Positions 50,417 through 63,520 of a stretch of 64,000 nt of DNA are shown in pieces (position 1 is the stretch's first letter; every line of letters starts with the position of its first letter). The DNA is taken from positions 25,730,001 to 25,794,000 of the forward strand of contig OZ076413.1 in the NCBI GenBank assembly GCA_964187785.1, read 5' to 3'. This DNA comes from Amphiscolops sp. MND2022 (taxonomy: Eukaryota). The position numbers and the translations under genes are program-made. The notes under the pieces are model-generated. The model was not told where the DNA came from and searched no databases. It worked only from the letters and a program-made list of their open reading frames with translations.

Positions 50417-52714
50417 TTACTCTGTTTTGTTGTCTCTTTTGTGAGGGAGTTCTAGATCGTGATCTGTAATCTCTTGGTTTGGATGGAGATCTATACGGGT
50501 AATTTTATCGTCTAAAGGAGTTTCCTTGTGATTGAGAACGAGATCTATATCTTGATCAAGAATTGTATCCACGATCGGAGTTGTTTCTGTATGGTGATCT
50601 ATATGAAGATGTGGATGGAGTTCTTCTTTGATAATGATTGTCATATCGGGATCTGGATTGATATGGGCGTTGAGATCTATTGTAATATCTTTGTCGAGAA
50701 TTAGATCGATAGTTATTTTGTGAATAACCTCTACTGTTGCTTCGGTATCGGTCATTGTGGTAGGAGTGACTGTTTTGACTATATCTATTACGGTCGTTGT
50801 CTTTAGAAGAATAATCATTTTTATTTTCATTTCGATTTTCTTGTGAATTACTGGTTTTACTACGGAAGTATTGTACAAAGGACTGTTGAGGAGTTCTTGA
50901 TCTCTGAGTTTTATCTCTTTGATATTCTTCAGCGCGTTGTTTTTGATAACAATTTGAAACACCATGATTGTTTTTATGACAATAAGAACAATATTTTTGT
51001 AAGCTGGTTTACTTTTGCTATTTGGGTCTCCGGATTGAGTAACCATTAGATGGTCATGTTCTGATTCTTTGTTGTTGGTATCATCTTCAATTGATACTTT
51101 ATTTATTTCTAAAGCAAAGTCATTTGTTCTTATTTTTTCATTAGCGATGTCTTCAGAGTCAACATGTCGAACAAGTGTGTGGAATGGTTTTGATGGTTCA
51201 AGTATTGTTGATATATGTTCAACTTGTCTTTTGTGAGCAAAATCTCTTAACTTTTTAGGCAATCTTTTTGTGAAAATTTCGTTGTTTTTGAGATTTATGG
51301 TAGCTGCATTTTCATTGCAACATCTCTTTTTAACTAATTGTTGAACTCTGAGAGCAAAATGGCGAACTGTTTCATTATCTTTTGTCATGAATGACATAGC
51401 TTCTACTTGTGCGAAACAAGCTGTTTTTTGAAATGAAAATTGTTTTCTAAACAGTTATACAAATGAATTCCATTGTTGTTTATATAATATATGGAGATTA
51501 GTGTACCAATCAAGAGCTGTTCCAATTAAAGAACATTGTATATATGTCATGCTTCTATTATGCCATGACTTATATTTTACAGGATTGTTTTGAGGTTCTT
51601 CACCTATGGCAAAGGTCAATCTTGCTTCAACTTGTTGTAGATATTCTTCTGGGGTCTAGGAATGATCTAAACCATCGAAAGGTTTCACTGGTTCTGTTAT
51701 TGAAGTTGAAGTATCTATGAATGTATCTTGTTGTATTGGCGTATACTGAGATGGGGGAACTACAGATTGTACCATGTTTACGGGTGGTGAAATAGTAGTA
51801 GGATTGTAAGTTGTATGTTGGTTCAATTGATATAGAGGGTCAGTAGATATATGTGAACGTGGAGGATTTTGAGATCTTCTTTGAGAAGGTTGTACATTGT
51901 TTGAATAGGATATTCTATGATTTTGTGAAGGAAAATTACTTTGTGAAGAAATTGTTTGTAATCAATGGGCGTATGGGTGTTGTTTCATTAAATTAGTATT
52001 ATTGTTATTATGAGAAACATTTTGATTATTGTTTGTTTGAATATTTGTATTAGATGGAGGAAAAAAGGAGTAATTAAAGGGATCTTAGTGTTGACTAGAA
52101 GTTTGTCGATTATTATTAGAATTATTTTCTGGTTGAATTGTTTTATTTGGATGTTTAAAAACAGAAGGAATTGATGGAGTATCAAATATGGATCAAGTTA
52201 TATTTCGTGTACTATTAGAAATAGTCCTTGAAGGTGAAAAAACATTAACAGAAGTATCACGAATAGGAGTTATATTTTGAGTTTCGTCTTGTACAACTTC
52301 ATCTGCGTGAGGTGGAAAGTTAAAGGTGATGTTACGATGTGAAGATTTTTCTGAGTATGATTGTGGATCATGTGTGTTTTGTCTTGGTTGGACAATCCTA
52401 GTTGGAATTCTAACAAATTGGGTGGTTGTTGATGTCCCAGTTTGCGATGCATTTTGTGCTGAAGTTGTAGATTCTGGAGTGATATACTCACTTGCATTGT
52501 TTTCATTCATGTTGAGTGCAATATCTTCATTACGGTTTTCATTTTGGTTTACAAGCATATATTCTTCTTTATTATTGTCGTCTTCATCGTAATTGTCATT
52601 GTTGGTAATTAGATTTTTTTGTTCTTGAAAACTCTGTTCATAAAGATAGGGTCTATTATCATCATGAAGATTGTTTTCTGTAACTAAACGAGGATCAAAA
52701 GATATGAAATCCAT
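50417..52714 (-). pseudogene. gag: gag of element 3
   Basis: Low-complexity N-terminus, KPFDGLDHS*TPEEYLQQVEARL (~51620-51690), ETVRHFALRVQQLVKK..FTKRLPKKLRD. Confidence 0.75.
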
Positions 52715-52770
52715 GGTTTGTTTTGTTGTTTTATCTGGTTTGAAAAAGTAAAGATGTTCATTTTGTTTAC

Positions 52771-53484
52771 CTATGATGAATGGTAAATATTCATCAGCTG
52801 TAAATGATTATGAAATGCTGCGAAAGCAGTTTGATCTTGTTCTGACCATAATAGTTGATAATTGAATCTGGAATATTTTCTAGGAAATAAGGATATCAGT
52901 TTAGTTTGAGGTATTGTTTGTTCGTTTAATGTTATATCTTTGAAATATTGATATAGGAAATTTTGTATTCTTATCATATCTGCTTGTAACCAATGATGAG
53001 GATTATTTTGAGTTGTAACTAGTCTTTTTATATCTTTTACTTCGAAATTGTGTATATATTGTTCAAATTCGTCAAGTGCATTTGGGCTATATTTTGGGTT
53101 TTCAAGTGCTATGTTGAAGTCTTTTACTTTGTTTAGGAAAGCATGGAAAACTTCTTGTATAGGAATTTGGAGATTAATTGGGTTAATTGTTCTTCTATAT
53201 GTTTGAATTGAGGAGGTTTCTTGTTGAGGAAAAGTAATTTGGAAAAAAGAATATTCCGTAGAGGCAGTTGTAGATCTATGTCTAATATGGAAGAGGTATG
53301 TATCTAAATGTTCTGTAATAAGAGGAATTGTTTCAAGGGTATAGGGTTCATTTTCGAATGAAAGTGGTTTAGTATAATTGTAAACAATGTTATGTAAAAA
53401 TGGTTTTCTTTCAAAATTCACTAGTTTTGCATTTTCAATATAAGGTATATCAAAAGGTGAAGGAGAAGATATTGAGGATGTCAT
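52771..53484 (-). CDS. ORF0 upstream of gag in element 3, unknown function
   Basis: 237-aa uninterrupted ORF lying between the leader and gag, same strand. Confidence 0.5.
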   Translation of the reverse strand: MTSSISSPSPFDIPYIENAKLVNFERKPFLHNIVYNYTKPLSFENEPYTLETIPLITEHLDTYLFHIRHRSTTASTEYSFFQITFPQQETSSIQTYRRTINPINLQIPIQEVFHAFLNKVKDFNIALENPKYSPNALDEFEQYIHNFEVKDIKRLVTTQNNPHHWLQADMIRIQNFLYQYFKDITLNEQTIPQTKLISLFPRKYSRFNYQLLWSEQDQTAFAAFHNHLQLMNIYHSS

Positions 53485-55282
53485 GTTAGAGATGATTTAT
53501 TGTTGTAAGTGTCTTTGATATTAAGGGTTTCATGTTAGAGAGTAATTATTGTTGTAAGTATCTCTTCTAGCAGAATGCAAACTAAGAATATAACAGAAAA
53601 TGTATACGTGGTGATAAGTATTATTGTGGTAAATTTTTCCCACATGGTATGCTGTCTAGATTCAATATTGAGGGTTTATTATAAGTATAACACTAATTGC
53701 AACAATAATTGTATCTATCGTGTATATGACAGTGGTCAAAATTATTATTTTGATAATAGAATTCTTTAGAATAAGTGGATTCTCGTGGTCTACTCTTATA
53801 TTGGATCGTAGTCTCCTGAAGTGATTACAAAGTAGGTTGAGTCTTTCACGTCGAGTAGTTCAGGTTTTTCTTGAAATGTATTGTTCTAATTTAATGTTTA
53901 TAAGACTAAGGAGGATTCCAAAAAAGCCAAGAAGAAAATAGGAAAAAGGAAGTTATGTTCTTGTTATGAAGTTTTAGGTTGATCTTGGGTAATTTCGTTG
54001 TTGGTCTAAAAGATAGAAAAAGTTTTGTGCGTATTGTTGACTTAATCTTTCAAAATCTGCAGTTGTGGGGTTATAGATTGTACTATGTATATGTAGAACT
54101 AGACGTATAGAAGGTGGTATTGAAGGAGTAGAAAGAGATGAATTGTCGGAAATTTGGTTATGTGTGATTGAGTTCAATTATTTTTGTAATATGAAAGAAA
54201 TATGAAATTATCTGAGGTGTTGGTATTGTTAGGGATAGAGAAGAAAGAAGCGGATGCAATAGAATCTGTATTCAACCTCGAAGGGTTGCTAACAGAATCT
54301 GGATTCTGATTTAAGTCTGGATTAAACTAAAGTTTCTGACATAAGGCCACTGACACATCCAGTAAGAGTTGAATTTTAGAGCTGGACTTCAGTTAAGGTG
54401 TCTAACATAAGGTTACTGACACGTCCAAAAAAGCTAAGAGATTTTTAATTTTAAGTGAGTTGTGTGTTTTAAGGCTACGGGAGCAGAACTCTGAACAATC
54501 AACGTCCATTATTCAAAGTCAGATCAATACTGATCGAGATCAAAATTTGATATTTTGTCTGTTTTACTTTTACTTTTACTTCCTGAGAATTTCGAAGATT
54601 CGAACGTAGTTCGGTGTCTTCTAGATTCTCCTTAAAGACGTTCAAACTTAGCTAGGATGTTTATTCAGCCTTAGAATCAGAATACGCAAGCTAAAAGTTA
54701 GGTAGGTTTCCGATTGTCTAAGTCTCACGGGAGGGAAAATGAATTGTGGGTGCCTGAAAGTATAAAACTACATTTAGAATGTCTGTTTTACTTGCATGTC
54801 CTGTTTTAGATTTTAGGGCAAAATAGTTGTGTTACAATTGGCGGTGTTTTTTTGTTGAAATAAATGTTTTGTGAAGGTAGGTTAAAATTACTGAAGGGAC
54901 TAAAAATTTTGTCTTCAGAAGAATGGTACGAATGAGGTGACGAAGGATTTGGTTGCTTTTTGTTATTTGTTTTGATTTCAGAATGTAATTCTGAAAGCAA
55001 AATTTTTGAAGATTTTATTAGTAAATGGATCCGAAACGTAAGAACAGAAAATCCAGGTTTTCTGCCAACACGAAGTTGATCTTGAAACCTATGTGCTTAT
55101 AGGTGAGGTGAGGTGAGTCTAGCGTGCACTCAGTCAACTATTACACCTGGAGTCCACCTGACGTTCAAGATAGCAGGATTCAAGAATTTATTGCTGTGTC
55201 AAATATGTTAGAAAACCTTGATAAACCAGACAAAACTGTTTCAACAAGCTTCCGGATAGCTGTGATAGATCAGTATGGAAAA

Positions 55283-55360
55283 CAGAACTGTGTCACTGTG
55301 GATAAATCAGTCTGAAAAGAAGAGCAGAACTGTGTCACTGTGGATAAATCAGTCTGAAAA
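55283..55360. repeat. Two perfect 36-bp direct repeats (period 42) in the element 3 leader
   Basis: CAGAACTGTGTCACTGTGGATAAATCAGTCTGAAAA at 55283 and 55325. Confidence 0.9.
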
Positions 55361-55680
55361 TGTACCGTGTCAACGTGTTAGAAAACGTGATAAACAAGAA
55401 TTGGAGAAAATTTGGAGAAATTTTTTGTCTAACAATGATGTATTTTTTGAAGAAATTCAGAAAGTCACAGGCTAGATTTTTTAGGTAATCTAGAAATGTC
55501 ACTGCAATCTAAAACAATTTCAAAGAGAAGTGGTAGGTGTTGTATTGATGAGAGAAGAGAAAGCATTCAGCGAAGGAAAAGAAAGAATTTTGCAAGTCGC
55601 ACTGAATTGTGCTGCTTTGATGCGTCTTTTATTTTACGGCGGTGTTTATCTTTTATCTAGATGGTCCAGGTCTAAGTTAC

Positions 55681-55881
55681 TATACTGATGCTAGCTAGCT
55701 GACTCTACTAAAGCTTGGAGGTCTGAAAAGTGGTATAAAACGAAGTCGACTAAATACTGATTATCAGTTTTCTCTCTCTGAAAGAGTAGAGTTTTACAAT
55801 CATTCAATATCAAATAAATGTACATTCTAGAACATTCTATAAACTTCTAAATACTATTGGGTATTAATGTAGGTCAGTACA
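55681..55881 (-). repeat. 5' LTR of element 3
   Basis: Direct repeat of 37997-38197. Confidence 0.85.
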
Positions 55882-56073
55882 AATGGATGTTTAAAAATGC
55901 GAAAGGAACCTCTTTTTAGCGCACCTGGCGCGCCATTTCCGTCGTTTGGGTTTTTCGTGAGTTTCATTCTCTTTTAGTAAGTTTGATACTTTGAGTTTTT
56001 TGACACTTTCATGTCCTTTTGCTATTTTTAAGCTTTAGATATGGCGCCGACTTATGCTGTTCCCTCCTTGTTT
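55882..56073 (+). mobile_element. 3' part of Helentron-like element C
   Basis: AATGGATGTTTAAAAATGCGAAAGG matches the internal repeat of A/B (AATGGATGT..AAAAAT..AAAG); ends TTAGATATGGCGCCGACTT. Confidence 0.55.
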
Positions 56074-58169
56074 CTTTTTAGGTATTTTTAAAGAACTCGG
56101 TTTTTCTTTCGAAGCCTGAACAAGTTATGCCCACTAAGCACAAATGAGTCTTGAAAACTATCAAATAAAGGACTTTCTTGACGAAGGATTCGGCGATAAG
56201 CAATCCAAAGCTTCCTATTTTCGAGTTAAAGGCGCGCTTTTTGCAACTTGTAAAACTAATAACCTGGGATAGTGCCCGAACGACCTCGAGCGTCAATATA
56301 CGGGCTACAGACCTAAAAGTACGGGCTACGAGCAAAGGCTCTGGACAAAACAGTTTTTTAACAAATTCATTCAAACATTTGAAACTATCCATGTAAATCA
56401 GAACTTACCTCAAAATTACAAAACCATGTCTTGTAGAAACAATATATCAGGATCCGCTGTTTTTAATAGGCCCATCTGTACAATAAACAGCACGACTGGG
56501 CTCTTTTCTGTTTCCCCCTCATCACCAAAATTGTTTTTAGAAAATTAGTCAAAGTATTGTAATACAAACAAGAAACCCCCAATTTAAAATTTACGTACTG
56601 GGTGACAGTTTAGAATCCAGACACAAACTTTGTTCACAATAGTTTTCCTGTCAATTCACGCATTTTTGATTAGGCAAGGCATTAGACTGTTTCCTGCTTT
56701 GAGTAACAAAAAACAGTGAATACGAACATAGTTTTTCAAATGATAGTTTTTGATCAAACAAAAAACTGTTCTAATAGACGTTAACTTACTGTTAAAGAAA
56801 AAGATTCACTTTGAATTTAAATTTTGAAGGAAATTCACTTTCAAAACTTTTGGTGGTGGGGAGTTTGATAGGAAACATCTGCACAATTCGTGATTGAAAA
56901 TTATATGTTGATCAACAAGCATGGACAAAAATGTATTTGCATTTGCTCATCTGTCTGAGCAAAATGCTTTTTGCATATTTACAAAGAATTTCTAAATCTT
57001 AACTACTAACAATAGACTAAAGTCTTTTGTAAATATGCAGAAAAGTAAAACTTAGACGTGAAATTAAATTTTGACAAAGTGAATTCGGGAAAAAACTCTA
57101 TAGTCTCTTGAACAACCAGTAGAAGTTCCATCCAGTTGAAAGTTTTGGTGATTGTAACATGCAAAAGCCTATTTCAACTTTTCCGAAAAAATTTGACAGT
57201 TTTTAATGGTTTTTAATGGTTTTTTTGGTCTGATGTTTCATCCTGCGATTATGTTGCATTGTTCAGCAATTTGAATGTCTAATCCAACGTAAGCGCTTCA
57301 AAGTATTCTGAATACATCAATTATGTAGAATTCTTGAACTGAAAATGGTATTGTCTGGTATACCTGTTGCTAGAATTTCTCTCAAGATGCGACACTTGTC
57401 ATTCTCGACAGGATCTAACAAGGTTTTTTGCGGTTCATCAATCAGGAGACCATAGGTGGTAACTACTTAGTTGCAAAGCTATTATGTTGATTGAAGTTCA
57501 CGTTGTGATCCGACTGGAGTGCACGATACTTGCACTGTATTTCAAAGATCTTTCAGTATGAAAACCCATTTTTGCTTATTTTGCTTTGCGGAAATTGATG
57601 GATCTATATCCAGTACGACATGAACTTAATTTCAAACGTTTTTCTTTTTTCGTCTCCTGTCCTTGTCAATTTCCTCATCTAGTTCCAATCAAAGTGTGAA
57701 ACTTTAATATTATCAGCAAATTGGGAGATGTTGCCCCCAATCACTTTGGTATTTCGCTTATATATAAAACCAATACCAAAAAAGGAGCTAAAACTTATCT
57801 TTTCGAAAAACGCATGGGTAGAAAGCTCAGAGAAACACTTTTGACCATGATTTTAAAATGAATTCAGGTTGAGGGCACTTTTTAAGAAGTTTCACAACAA
57901 GCCCCCATATCCTTATTTTTTCTGATTTCACAAAAAAATGAAACTCTTGAGGTTTTGAAAGCTTTTTGGCAGTCTCAAAAACATTTTTTTCCTTTTTTTT
58001 CCGAAAACAGTCAGTCCATCCACCGTTTCCGATTGCATATACACAACATCCCAGTTTTACTGAAACCAAATAGCCCAGGTAAATTTTTTTCTGCTGAGTT
58101 ACTAACTGGTCTTTAGTTCTCAGGAGCTACATTGTTTTTTGTAAAAAGGTAAGTTTTAGGCAAATTTTT

Positions 58170-58490
58170 AAAAAAAAACGATGGAAGGTCCCTGTTCCAT
58201 GCTTTGATTTACGAAATCGCAAAGAGGCTGATTCAACATCAGCGAGAATCTTTTCAAAAACTCATTGTTTCTACCACTTTGTCCGGTGTTTTTCTTCGTG
58301 TTTGCTAAGATTACAGAGATTGACCGGACTGTTCCACTGTTCAGAACCACTGAAACAACATTGCCTGCTATAAACTACAAGTTCTTTTGGGAAGAACTAG
58401 ATGAAGGGCTTTGCATTATCTTGGTGAAATAGTCATCTAGAAAAATTCAAATCTGGCATAATTTCGACTCGATTTGCCATTTCTCAAAAA
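58170..58490 (-). pseudogene. LINE ORF2 fragment (region just before the RT core)
   Basis: NTGQSGRNNEFLKRFSLMLNQPLCDFVNQSMEQG resembles the STG.DG...LK....PL..L.N.S...G motif. Confidence 0.55.
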
Positions 58491-58499
58491 AAAAACAGA

Positions 58500-61400
58500 T
58501 GATGTAATGCTGAACAGTCGTGTCAGCGCGTTGAAGAATTGAATTCAAACGTTGATATTACGTAAGAAGTGTTTGAAAAAAATGAATCGCCTTCCAAATA
58601 TGGACCTTACTGAATTGAAACAAAAAATTGAACAGCTTGAAGACAATGGAGTCAAAGAGATTCTGCACAAATTCTTATCCAAATTATTTACCAAAGACGA
58701 AATTGTTCTTCAATTGCAAAATTGAGTTACCGAACTCGAGTCCAGAGTTCTGGAAAAGGAGAAGTATTCTTCAAAAGATTGCCTGATTATTGAAAATATG
58801 CCCGCAGTAGTTGGTAATTTACCACTTGCAACAAAGGTATGTGTATTTTTCGATTTATATTTGAGCTGGAAGACGGATGAAACCAATTTTAACGCCTGTC
58901 GTTATCTGAGTTCTCCGAAAATCGGCAGAAAACCGCCAGTCATTATGGTGAAGTTTCTGTAATTTGGAGAAAAGAAGGAAGTTTGTGGTCGTAAATATTG
59001 GCTGGCCCAGAAAAAAAAGCAAAAAATGGCTTCCCAATATTCATCAAAGAAAGGCCACCGAAACTGCCTCACGAGCTGAAAATGTATGCAGAACAAGAAG
59101 GCTTAATAAAAACAACCCAAAATGGCAACGTCAAAGTCTTCCAGACGAAAGCGGAAGGACAATTTCGAAGAGAAGTTGTGAACTCATAAAAAACTGTAGA
59201 TGACATCAAAGAAAAAGCTGTTAAAAAGAAACCGAAAGTGGTACAGTCCTCTGTACAAACACCAAGGGTTAAAAGTAATGTCAATGAAGCATTATTGAAG
59301 AGTGCACTCAAACGCGTACGAGAATCACCAGATGAAGATATGGCAGTTTTGAAAAATATCTGCTTGGATCCGCTGCAGATACAATATGAAAACAACGCAG
59401 TTGATTCAACAGCACCAATGGATCGTCGATAGAACTTTTTTACGGTCAAACTTCTGACGTACATAAAAATATTCAACGCACGATTCTTTTCTGAAACAGC
59501 GCAACTGAACTACCAAAAAGTTTGACTGCAAACAACCTTCTCAAAGTATGAACTCTACTTTTAGTTTATGAAATTTGATGAGAACCAATCAATTACTGGT
59601 GAACAACCAATGAACAATCCATCCCAATTTGGGTTTTGTCTAGGTTTGAATATCAGATAAATTAGGAAAAACTTTGATGAATTACTAGTTGAAATAAGCG
59701 AAAGCAAACACTTTCCTCATCCGATTCTACTCACTGAAACTTGGCTCACAGAAAATGATGACTTAACTCCTTTCAAAAATGATGATTATTACCCCCTTGA
59801 ATCTAAACCTCGAACGAATGGAAAACTGGGAGGTGGCGTGGGAATAAACATAAGCAATCAACTGAGTATCCATCCTGTTCAGTATGAAACCACTTTTGAA
59901 TGTCTTATCTTGAAGATCTTGTTTTATGAAAAAGACATCAAAATTATATGCGTCGCTTACAGACCTGAGAGTGTCAAAGTGAATTTTTTTCTTGATGATT
60001 TTGAAAATTTACTCAATTGTTGAATCCTGCGACCTTTCGCAGTACAAAAATCTATTCTTATTCTCTTAGTGTTAGAAACTTTTTACCGACCAAAACCTTT
60101 AAACTGACCATATCCAATCATTATGCCGTCGAAATGGAGTTAGAGTTTTGCTCTGCCATAAACAGAACAGACGATATTTTCTTCAAAACTAGATGCTTGC
60201 AAAATCCCAAAAGACCAAAAGCCTTTTTTTATTTTTCTGTTGAATCGAAAATTGCGTTCGATTGACGAAACATGTGAAGTTATTGAACATGCGCTGAAAA
60301 TAACACAAGCTATCCAATCCTGCGTTAACCGTTTTGCACCGGAAAAAAAATAGAAAATTCAAGCAAGGAACATGGATAACATGCAAAATCAAAACTCAAA
60401 TGAGACGAAGGGATAAGCTATTTCAACGAATGATCTGCAACCCAACTGAAGAAAGTAAAGAGAAGAGTCGAAAAATCAGAAATGAGGTTACACAATACAT
60501 CAGATGTGCAGAGCGAGACTTTAATTATGAGAAACTAGAAAAAAATCCGTCGTTGAAAAAACTTTATCAAGTTTTGAAGAATGAGAAACTTAATTACCAG
60601 CCATCTCTCAAAACCCCGAATGCTGAAACGTTTAACCAGTGTTTCAGCAACATTGGAGAAAAACTGGCAAAAAACAGAAACAAAATGGAGCCTCGGAAAA
60701 TTGAGCGAATCCAACCGATAATGGTTCTAGCATACACAACTGATCACGAAATAAAGGAGCTTTCCGAGAATGTTAAACCAAAACAGAGTACTGGTCATGA
60801 TGAGATCAGCAATGAAATTCTTAAATGCTGTTCGCCAATCATCGAATAAGATTTAACAACTTTATTCAACAAATGTATAGAGGACCGAACATTTCCGGAA
60901 ACAATGAAAATTGCTAAAGTAAGCCTGTTCTTCAAAAGGGTGACAAAAATCGGACTGAAAAGTATGAAAAGTATTAACCTATCAGTCTTTTGACCGCAAT
61001 GAGCAAAAAAATTCGAAAAATTGCTTTTGAAAAGAATTTTACCGTTTGTGACCAAACACAAAATACTGAGCCCTAATCAATTTGGTTTCAGAAAAAATTA
61101 CAACTGCACAAATGCAATCACTGAAATAACTGAACACATAAGACAAGAAAGTGATAAACGAAATCGAGGATATATTTGTTTCATTGATTTGAAAAAAGCA
61201 ATTGACACTATAGATCATGAAGTACTATTGGCAAAACTGGAACTGTATGGATTACGTGGACCTATTTTCCATCTTATCCAAAACTATTTACAGAATCGCA
61301 ATCAGTAGGTCTTTCACCAGGGTAAAAATTCTTCATTATCAACAGTAACAACTGGAGTACCACAGGGGTCTATTCTAGGCCCTTTTCTTTTCGTACTGTA

Positions 61401-62400
61401 CATTAACGACTTACCGGACTGAATTCCAGAAAGTCGGATAACATTGTTTGCTGCCGATACCTCCATGTACATCTTCGAACCTAAATTAAACGACGAAGTT
61501 GGCAACGATGTTAAGACAGCGAGAAGCTGGTTCAAAGACAATAAATTGACCATTAACTCCAGTAAATGTGAATCATTAAGCTTTGGAACTAATGAACCTT
61601 TCCCATTTGAGGCTTTCGGTGCAAAAATTCGCTCGCAAACTCATTGCAGATAAATTCGTAGGTGTTTATCTGGACGCTGAACTTACTTTTAAGAAACACA
61701 TAGAGCACGTAAGAAAAAACCTGAATGAATTTTGTGGAATAGTATAAAAGATCCGTGACCGTTTTCCGCAAAAAGGTCTTATCTCTTGTTATTACGCTTA
61801 TGCTCAATCAGTAATTACGTATGGTCTCATCAACTATGGATCTACTTATAAAACGAACCTTGAACCTATCCATGAAGCTCAGCAAAGAATTTTCCGGGCT
61901 ATTTTCTACCGACGACAATGGGAGACACTACAAGGCGTTTACACGAAACATAAATTTCTCAATGTCTACGAAATGTTCATCAACGAAGTAGTGAAGAGTA
62001 TACCTTGATGACAAGTTTAGGTGGTCATGACTACAACACCAGAAGAAAAAATGTCTGCTACCTTCTACATACAACAGACTGGTTCTAGAACAGCGAAGTT
62101 TAACTATAGTACTCAAAGTCTACAATTGGCTTCGTTTACTCAATTTAATTCCTCCGGAACTGAGGAACTTTACTGTGCAGCAAGTCAATAAAACTGTAAG
62201 AAACATAAGTGAAGTCTACGTAATTCATAACAAGGAACTATTCGAACTCTTTTTCTAATTCCACAAAACCTGAAAACTTATTGAGAAATAAAAAACGACG
62301 CTTGTTGTTCACAGAAAATTTGTTCTTATGGGCAAAAGCTCGACGAGCTGAAAAGCTCTTCTTTTGTCCTTTTTTAAAAGATATCTATAACGTTTAGTTT
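58500..62400 (+). mobile_element. Near full-length decayed CR1/L2-like LINE (ORF1 ~58582-59190; ORF2 APE-RT ~59630-62255)
   Basis: LLTETWL, GGGVGI, VAYRP (endonuclease); [54 protein letters not shown] (RT). Ends approximate. Confidence 0.9.
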
Positions 62401-62785
62401 ATAGTGTAACTTTTAGAATATGCACATAAAATTGACTGTAATCTGATGTTTTCCATGGTTTCATGTCCATTGTTCTGAATTTTTTTGAGAACAACCTGTG
62501 ATGCGATTCCTTAAAGCCAAACGTTCAAGGCTTCATTCAAACTCACAATTGTTACTGGAAGTATTCTGCACTCTCGCTCAGTCCCAATTTTCGGTTTAGT
62601 AGAGGCAGGAAGTTGAGGCAATCACGTCGTTTAAAGATTCTCGATTTTGAGTATATCAAATTTTGTGAGCAAATACTTCATATCTTGGAAAAGTTGTATC
62701 GTGATCATTTTGAATAAACATCTTCTAGAAAAATTGATATGTATGAAATCATCACTGATAGAAATATTCTTGTGTTTTTGTTTAG

Positions 62786-62854
62786 ATGATGATTTGGGCC
62801 CTGGAGACGACGAAATTGAAATTGACCTAACTGCTTTTGGAACGTTGAAAGAAA
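62786..62854 (+). CDS. Probable internal exon of a host gene (DDLGPGDDEIEIDLTAFGTLKE)
   Basis: TTTTTGTTTAG| acceptor, |GTAAGA donor, 69 nt, phase 1-1. Confidence 0.6.
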
Positions 62855-63149
62855 GTAAGATTTTTTTTTCAAAATTAACAAATTGAGAATACCAAATGCA
62901 ATACAGTTATGACACCTTTAAATTTCACCTCTTAAAATGACGATGACGTCATGTAAAGTTCCAGAACTCGCCGCTCTATTCTATGCTTCCATGATAGCAC
63001 GTTCAAAGAAGATCAAAATTTAATGTTTTGAGACTTAAGACCCGATATCGTCTAGAACAATGACCTCAACGTAGGCATTTCGAAATAAAAACTTTTAAAA
63101 CGAAAACAGTTTCGACAAACTTTTTCTAGCCAACTCTGCTGTATTTTAG

Positions 63150-63436
63150 GTAAATGTTACGGTGGATTGTGGCAAGAAACCCCCATTGACACGATCGTCC
63201 CTGAAGACGACCAGGAACTGTTCGAATGGGGACTTCTCTACACGCCTCTGTTAGGCGACTGTCTCCAATCTTTCAAATGCGAGTCGGATTTTTTGCAGAA
63301 GATTTTCGTGAACGTTGAAACTCTGGGCGAACTTATAATCGAGGTTTATTGCAATGAGAGGCTGTATTATGTGTGGATGAACCATCTGATTCCTGAAAAA
63401 GTTGAATTTTCTTCTTTCAATCCGATCGACAAGTAG
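63150..63436 (+). CDS. Probable terminal exon of the same host gene, unknown protein
   Basis: TATTTTAG| acceptor in phase 1 joins the previous exon in frame (..KE-S-KCYGGLWQETPID..); open to TAG at 63434-63436. Confidence 0.65.
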
Positions 63437-63520
63437 AAATAACTGCCTATATAAAGAAATTATAAATAACGAAAATCATTATGCTGTTTGTGCGAATTTG
63501 ATAATGTTAGATGTGAAATT

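Larger units (their letters stand above)
37989..55881 (-). mobile_element. ~17.9-kb env-bearing, retrovirus-like Gypsy element (element 3), decayed
   Basis: ~200-bp direct repeats 37997-38197 and 55681-55881 (about 8 mismatches; weaker homology extends to 37989/55673); ORF0-gag-pol-env-accessory ORFs between them; flanks rejoin into one HINE. No clean TSD. Confidence 0.85.

Noticed and set aside
54826-54836. TGTAACAC on minus as the 5' LTR start of element 3
   Set aside because: No second copy near the 3' end; the 201-bp repeats and split HINE define the ends better.
55283-55360. 36-bp repeat as a CRISPR array
   Set aside because: Only two units with a 6-nt spacer, eukaryotic TE context, no cas genes.
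55877-55886. TSD for element 3
   Set aside because: Only an imperfect ATAC/GTAC match if the right end is moved to 55876; not convincing.
56078-56396. Overlapping 104-aa and 72-aa ORFs
   Set aside because: No recognisable motif or convincing splice context.
56942-57039. Short inverted repeats (8 bp and 14 bp)
   Set aside because: Low-complexity AT-rich, no TSD; may be chance or an old footprint.
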